A program made the translations under genes and the position numbers. A stretch of DNA of 64,000 nt from Promethearchaeota archaeon. Its GTDB lineage: Archaea; Asgardarchaeota; Lokiarchaeia; Sigyniarchaeales; SOKP01. The notes beneath the pieces are model-generated. The model was not told the DNA's origin, did not search any database, and saw only the letters and a list, made by a program, of their open reading frames with translations. Positions 59,778 to 64,000 of this stretch are shown here, one piece after another (the stretch's first letter is position 1; each line of letters starts with the position of its first letter). The stretch covers positions 57,927-121,926 of the forward strand of contig JBHLOI010000002.1 of NCBI GenBank assembly GCA_048940645.1. Reading direction: 5' to 3'.

Positions 59778-60593
59778 TTACTTACCTATAAAAATTGGAT
59801 CTCTTCTTTCTTTAAGTGCTTGCATTGATTCTTTAAAATCTTTTGAAGCAAAAGTTTTTCTTAAAGCTTTGTTCTCAAGATCGAGAGTATTGGAAAATAT
59901 TTCCCTAAAGTAGTTATGCATCGTCTTTTTCATTAGTTTTATAGAAAGATATGGACCTTTGGGAGGTATTAATTTTAAAGCTTGTTCTCTCGCAAAAGGT
60001 ATTAACTCATCAGTAGGTAACACTTTATTTACTAAACCAAGTTCATAAGCTTGCTTAGCTGTGATCTTATCTCCAAAATAAACTATTTCTTTTGTTTTTT
60101 GAAAACCTAAATAAAAAGGTAGAATAAATGAGTTAGCAAATTCAGGAATAATGCCCCTTTTCACAAAATAGAAACCAAACCAAGCATCCTCAGACATATA
60201 TATTAAATCTGCCCCTGACAAAGGCATCGTAATACCACCACCAATGGCCATTCCATTTATTGCAACGATAACTGGTTTACTAAAGTCCCAAAACTTCATA
60301 CATAATTTTTTTTGAGCAATATCCATAATATCAATTTCAGGATATTTTTTCATTTTTTCAAACATTTCTGGTTTGAAATAACCACCAGAAGTGAAAGCAT
60401 TTCCTTTTGGATCACCAGTTATTATAAGAACTTTAGCATTCTTATCCCTTTCCATATCTTCTAAAACCTTATATATCTCTAAAAAAGTTATATAAGTAAC
60501 AGCATTTCGGATTTCTGGTTTGGATATAATAACTGTACAAATACCATTTTCTTCTTTTTCATATAAGATATCTTCAAAATCTTCTATTCCCAT
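59778..60593 (-). CDS. enoyl-CoA hydratase/isomerase family protein
   Basis: RNA, FTSGG, KPVIVAINGMAIGGG, FVKRGIIPE, LGLVNKV. Confidence 0.9.
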   Translation of the reverse strand: MGIEDFEDILYEKEENGICTVIISKPEIRNAVTYITFLEIYKVLEDMERDKNAKVLIITGDPKGNAFTSGGYFKPEMFEKMKKYPEIDIMDIAQKKLCMKFWDFSKPVIVAINGMAIGGGITMPLSGADLIYMSEDAWFGFYFVKRGIIPEFANSFILPFYLGFQKTKEIVYFGDKITAKQAYELGLVNKVLPTDELIPFAREQALKLIPPKGPYLSIKLMKKTMHNYFREIFSNTLDLENKALRKTFASKDFKESMQALKERRDPIFIGK

Positions 60594-60683
60594 CTTGAAA
60601 TTAAATCCTTTTGAAAATTGATTATATAAATAATTTAGAATAATATTTAATTTAAAAAAAATAAGGTTGTTATCAATTTACTA

Positions 60684-62390
60684 CTACTTTTTTTCATCTC
60701 TAAGTGCCTTTTTCAACACTTTTCCTACTAAAGTTAATGGTAATTCTTCACGAAATTCCCAAAGTTTTGGAACTTCATATTTAGAAAGATTTTCTTCAGC
60801 ATACTTCTTTATATTTTCTTTAACTTCTTCAGATGCAATGACTCCTTCTTTCAGTTGGATAACTGCTTTAACAATTTCAGCGCCAGGTCTATCTGGATTA
60901 GGTACTCCAATGATTGCGAGTATTGCTATATCAGGATGTTTAGTCATGACCTCTTCTACATGAACACTATAGACTTTAAATCCGCTAACAATTAACATAT
61001 CCTTTGTACGATCAACTATTTTAAGATAGCCTTCCTCATCAAAGACACCTACATCACCAGTATGAACATAACCATCTTTATCAAATGTAACAGCTGTTGC
61101 CTCAGGCTTATTATGATACTGTTTAACTACTTGAGGGCCTTTTATTAAAATTTCACCTGGTTGACCAACTTCTTTTATTACTTCTCCAGATTCTGTATCA
61201 ATAAGTTTAATGTCTGTATCTGGTAGGGGTAATCCTACAGTTCCAATTTTTTTCTCCCCATACATTGGGTTAGCCGTTGCAAGTGGGGAAGTTTCAGTCA
61301 TTCCATATACTTCAACAAACTTGTTCTCAGAATGAAATTGTTTTTCAAAATCCCTTATAGCTTCAGGAGGAAATGGAGCAGCCCCACTTACATATAATTC
61401 TATTCCATCTAATACTTCTGGTGGAATTGTTTTTGATTTTGGATTACTCTGAACCATTAGGAAGAGTGTAGGCACATTTCCAAAAGCAGTTGGTTTTTTA
61501 TCTTTGATTTCTTCAATAATGTGGTCAGTATCCCTTGGATTTGCTATTAATATTTGAGCACCACCGATATAATTTAAGAATAGGCCAATAAAATATCCTG
61601 CAATATGAAAGAAGGGAAATGCAGAAAGAACTATTGTTTTTCCTTTTTCTCTATCAACCCAAATGTCAAATTGTTTCATATTAGCTATCATATTGAATTG
61701 TGTGACTTGAGTACCTTTCGGACGCCCTGTAGTGCCACCAGTATATTGAATTAATGCTAAATCTTTTTTAGGATCTATATTTACTTTCTTTAAATCGATT
61801 TTATTATCAACTGCTTCAAGAAATGGGACAACTGTTTTTCCTGGCCAAGGATCCATTTTTCCCTTGGGTATTTTTTTAATTAATTTTCCCATGAATACTT
61901 TGAAACCTGAGAAACCCATGAATTCTGAAATATTTGTTGGAACGATCACTTTCATATCAGGTAAGTCATCAAGAAACTTAGAAAAGACTTTTTCATAAAG
62001 AATATCCATGGTAACCAAAAATTTAGCACCTGAATCTTTCATTTGATAAGCAATTTCATCAGGACTTAATAAAGGTGAACATCCTGTTACTGTACCACCA
62101 GCTATATACGTTCCATAAGCAGCAAATAGATATTGAGGAGAGTTTGCAAGGCAAATAGCAACAACATCACCTTTTTCAAGACCACTTTTTTGTAGAAATG
62201 TAGCAAATTTCTGAGAATATTCTAATACTTCTTTGAAAAGCATAGTACGATCCATGAAATAAATCCCTACTTTATCTGAATATTCAGTCATAGTTTGAGT
62301 TAAAATAGTTCCTAGATCTTCTGTTGGATAAGAAAGGGTTGGCGTGACATGCTTATCATAAGATTTTAGCCATAATTTTTCTCCACTCAT
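60684..62390 (-). CDS. long-chain-fatty-acid--CoA ligase (FadD-like)
   Basis: QYTGGTTGRPKG, YGMTETSP, TGD, IVDRTKD, GKVLKK. Confidence 0.93.
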   Translation of the reverse strand: MSGEKLWLKSYDKHVTPTLSYPTEDLGTILTQTMTEYSDKVGIYFMDRTMLFKEVLEYSQKFATFLQKSGLEKGDVVAICLANSPQYLFAAYGTYIAGGTVTGCSPLLSPDEIAYQMKDSGAKFLVTMDILYEKVFSKFLDDLPDMKVIVPTNISEFMGFSGFKVFMGKLIKKIPKGKMDPWPGKTVVPFLEAVDNKIDLKKVNIDPKKDLALIQYTGGTTGRPKGTQVTQFNMIANMKQFDIWVDREKGKTIVLSAFPFFHIAGYFIGLFLNYIGGAQILIANPRDTDHIIEEIKDKKPTAFGNVPTLFLMVQSNPKSKTIPPEVLDGIELYVSGAAPFPPEAIRDFEKQFHSENKFVEVYGMTETSPLATANPMYGEKKIGTVGLPLPDTDIKLIDTESGEVIKEVGQPGEILIKGPQVVKQYHNKPEATAVTFDKDGYVHTGDVGVFDEEGYLKIVDRTKDMLIVSGFKVYSVHVEEVMTKHPDIAILAIIGVPNPDRPGAEIVKAVIQLKEGVIASEEVKENIKKYAEENLSKYEVPKLWEFREELPLTLVGKVLKKALRDEKK

Positions 62391-62612
62391 TTAGATTCAC
62401 TCATTTTGAATTTATATTTTGTTTTGTTTAATAAATTACTTTGCTCTATTTATTTTTAAAAGTTCATTTTTGATTCATCAAAGTTTATGAGAATAAATAG
62501 TTTTTCAATTTTGATCCATGCTTTTGAAAAAACTGTTAAATTGAAAAAATATGAAAAAAAAAGGAAATTATTACTTTATTTCTTTTCAATAGTACAGAGA
62601 TTCTTAGGTCAG

Positions 62613-63434
62613 CTACAAACCCGGGATACTTGTTCGTTTATGTAACACATCCAAACCTTTAGAAATAAGAGTAATTGTGATTAAAAAGATAATAGCTACA
62701 ATAACGTATGTTATTATTACTGTGAATGTGACACTAAATATACTATATGCTTGGGCAAAAAGATCTAAGACTCCAACAAAATATACCACTATAGTATACT
62801 TGGGAAGGTAAGCTGCTTCATTAGACCAGGCAGGAATAACTCGACGTAAAGCCTGAGGTAAGATAATATGTCTAATGCCAGTTAAACGAGACATACCTAG
62901 AGATTGAGCAGCAATCAATTGCTCGGTACCAACTGAAATAAGAGCTCCTCGGAAATATTCTGCTTGATAAGCTGCACTATTAAGACCTAAGGTGATAATA
63001 CTAACCAAGGTTTGAGAATTTAGTAGAATGACGGAAACTTCCTTATCAAATAGTTTTAAATTAGTAACGAAACTCCATGTTCCTAATGATATGTCTAGAC
63101 TTAGGGGAAGGTAATAAAGGAATAATAGTTGTACTAGTAATGGAGTACCACGCATGATTTCAATATAAACTGTTGCAATACGTGAAAGAATCATTCCACC
63201 ATACTGCCGGGATATCGAAAGCATTAGACCAAGAAAAAAGCCTATCAAAAGGGCCCACATATACAACCACATTGTCACTATGAATCCTGATAAGAGTTTG
63301 TTCCAAGATTTTAATACAATACATAAATCAAAATCTGGGCGTAAGTTACAAATTGAATTCAATATTAATATAATAGCTATAAATATTGAAGGAATACTTA
63401 CAGTAATTATAATCCATTTAAATTTTTTCTTCAC
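62613..63434 (-). CDS. polar amino acid ABC transporter permease
   Basis: RGTPLLVQL, SAAYQAEYFRG, AAQSLGM, ILPQA. Confidence 0.92.
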   Translation of the reverse strand: MKKKFKWIIITVSIPSIFIAIILILNSICNLRPDFDLCIVLKSWNKLLSGFIVTMWLYMWALLIGFFLGLMLSISRQYGGMILSRIATVYIEIMRGTPLLVQLLFLYYLPLSLDISLGTWSFVTNLKLFDKEVSVILLNSQTLVSIITLGLNSAAYQAEYFRGALISVGTEQLIAAQSLGMSRLTGIRHIILPQALRRVIPAWSNEAAYLPKYTIVVYFVGVLDLFAQAYSIFSVTFTVIITYVIVAIIFLITITLISKGLDVLHKRTSIPGL

Positions 63435-64000
63435 TTAATTTCCTCCTCTTTTGAGAGCTTTAAAAGTTGTTCATGGCTTCCATACAAAATCTCAAGTTGG
63501 TTAAGAAAAGCTTTTACTCTTTCTGATTTAGGGGAGGTAAAAAAATGTTGAGGATTCCCACGTTCTAGTATAATTCCTTCTCCGAGAAAAATCATTTCTG
63601 AGGCGACAGCTCTGGCAAAACCCATCTCATGGGTTACAACTATCATTGTAGTGCCCGTTTTAGCAATTTCTAGCATAACCTGAAGTACTTCACCAATTAA
63701 TTCTGGATCTAATGCTGAGGTTGGTTCATCAAACAAGATTATGTCAGGTTCCATTGCCAAGGCGCGTGCTATTCCTATTCTTTGTTGTTGTCCCCCTGAT
63801 AACTGAGCAGGATAATGATCAGCCCAATCTTCCATTTTCACACTTTTCAATGCTTTTATTGCTTTTAATTTAGCTTCTTCCTTACTTAATCCTTTAACTC
63901 GGCGAAGACCTATACTAACATTCTTTATTGCTGTAAGATGGGCAAATAAATTAAAATGTTGGAACACCATACCAATTCTTGCTCGAACAAGGTTTAGATT
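63431..64000 (-). CDS. polar amino acid ABC transporter ATP-binding protein (5' end outside window)
   Basis: Frame open to window edge (NLNLVRARIGMVFQHFNLF), LSGGQQQR, FDEPTSALDPE, VTHEMGFA. Confidence 0.93.
   Translation of the reverse strand, partial: NLNLVRARIGMVFQHFNLFAHLTAIKNVSIGLRRVKGLSKEEAKLKAIKALKSVKMEDWADHYPAQLSGGQQQRIGIARALAMEPDIILFDEPTSALDPELIGEVLQVMLEIAKTGTTMIVVTHEMGFARAVASEMIFLGEGIILERGNPQHFFTSPKSERVKAFLNQLEILYGSHEQLLKLSKEEEIK

Noticed and set aside
1969-60963. Numerous 60-137 aa ORFs nested in or antisense to long genes (e.g. 21567..21980, 29732..30070, 39638..39931, 48621..48956, 60667..60963)
   Set aside because: They overlap well-supported genes and show shadow-frame composition with no motifs.
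1-64000. CRISPR arrays, tRNA/rRNA genes, transposases, integrases
   Set aside because: No regularly spaced repeats, GC-rich structured RNA blocks or mobile-element motifs seen by eye; intergenic regions are short and AT-rich.

Overview
AT-rich archaeal chromosomal segment. Its gene content points to an Asgard archaeon, probably Lokiarchaeia (inference): tandem longin-like proteins, a presenilin-like protease, a Rag-like small GTPase with a roadblock-like tail, TPR proteins, H4MPT C1 genes (mch, mtd, ftr), a split glycine cleavage system and archaeal/eukaryote-type GlyRS. Positions ~42-62 kb hold a large acyl-CoA/lipid catabolism island: two parallel cassettes of 2 thiolase-fold + 2 DUF35 genes, two BKACE enzymes, SCP2, crotonases, an acyl-CoA ligase, and a CrtI/RetSat-like flavoenzyme with its reductase. 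The main finding is that the ORF track truncates the Rag-like GTPase gene. It really starts at 20198 and is interrupted by a 30-nt insert (20354-20383) with two in-frame TGA stops. The insert ends fall exactly on the two cleavage sites of a bulge-helix-bulge (BHB) motif. Removing it restores ...ELN|VWDAGGQ... and a 317-aa protein, so this is a candidate tRNA-endonuclease-spliced mRNA intron in a eukaryotic-signature gene. No rRNA, tRNA, CRISPR array or mobile element was recognised. All family assignments come from motif recognition by eye; no database search was run.
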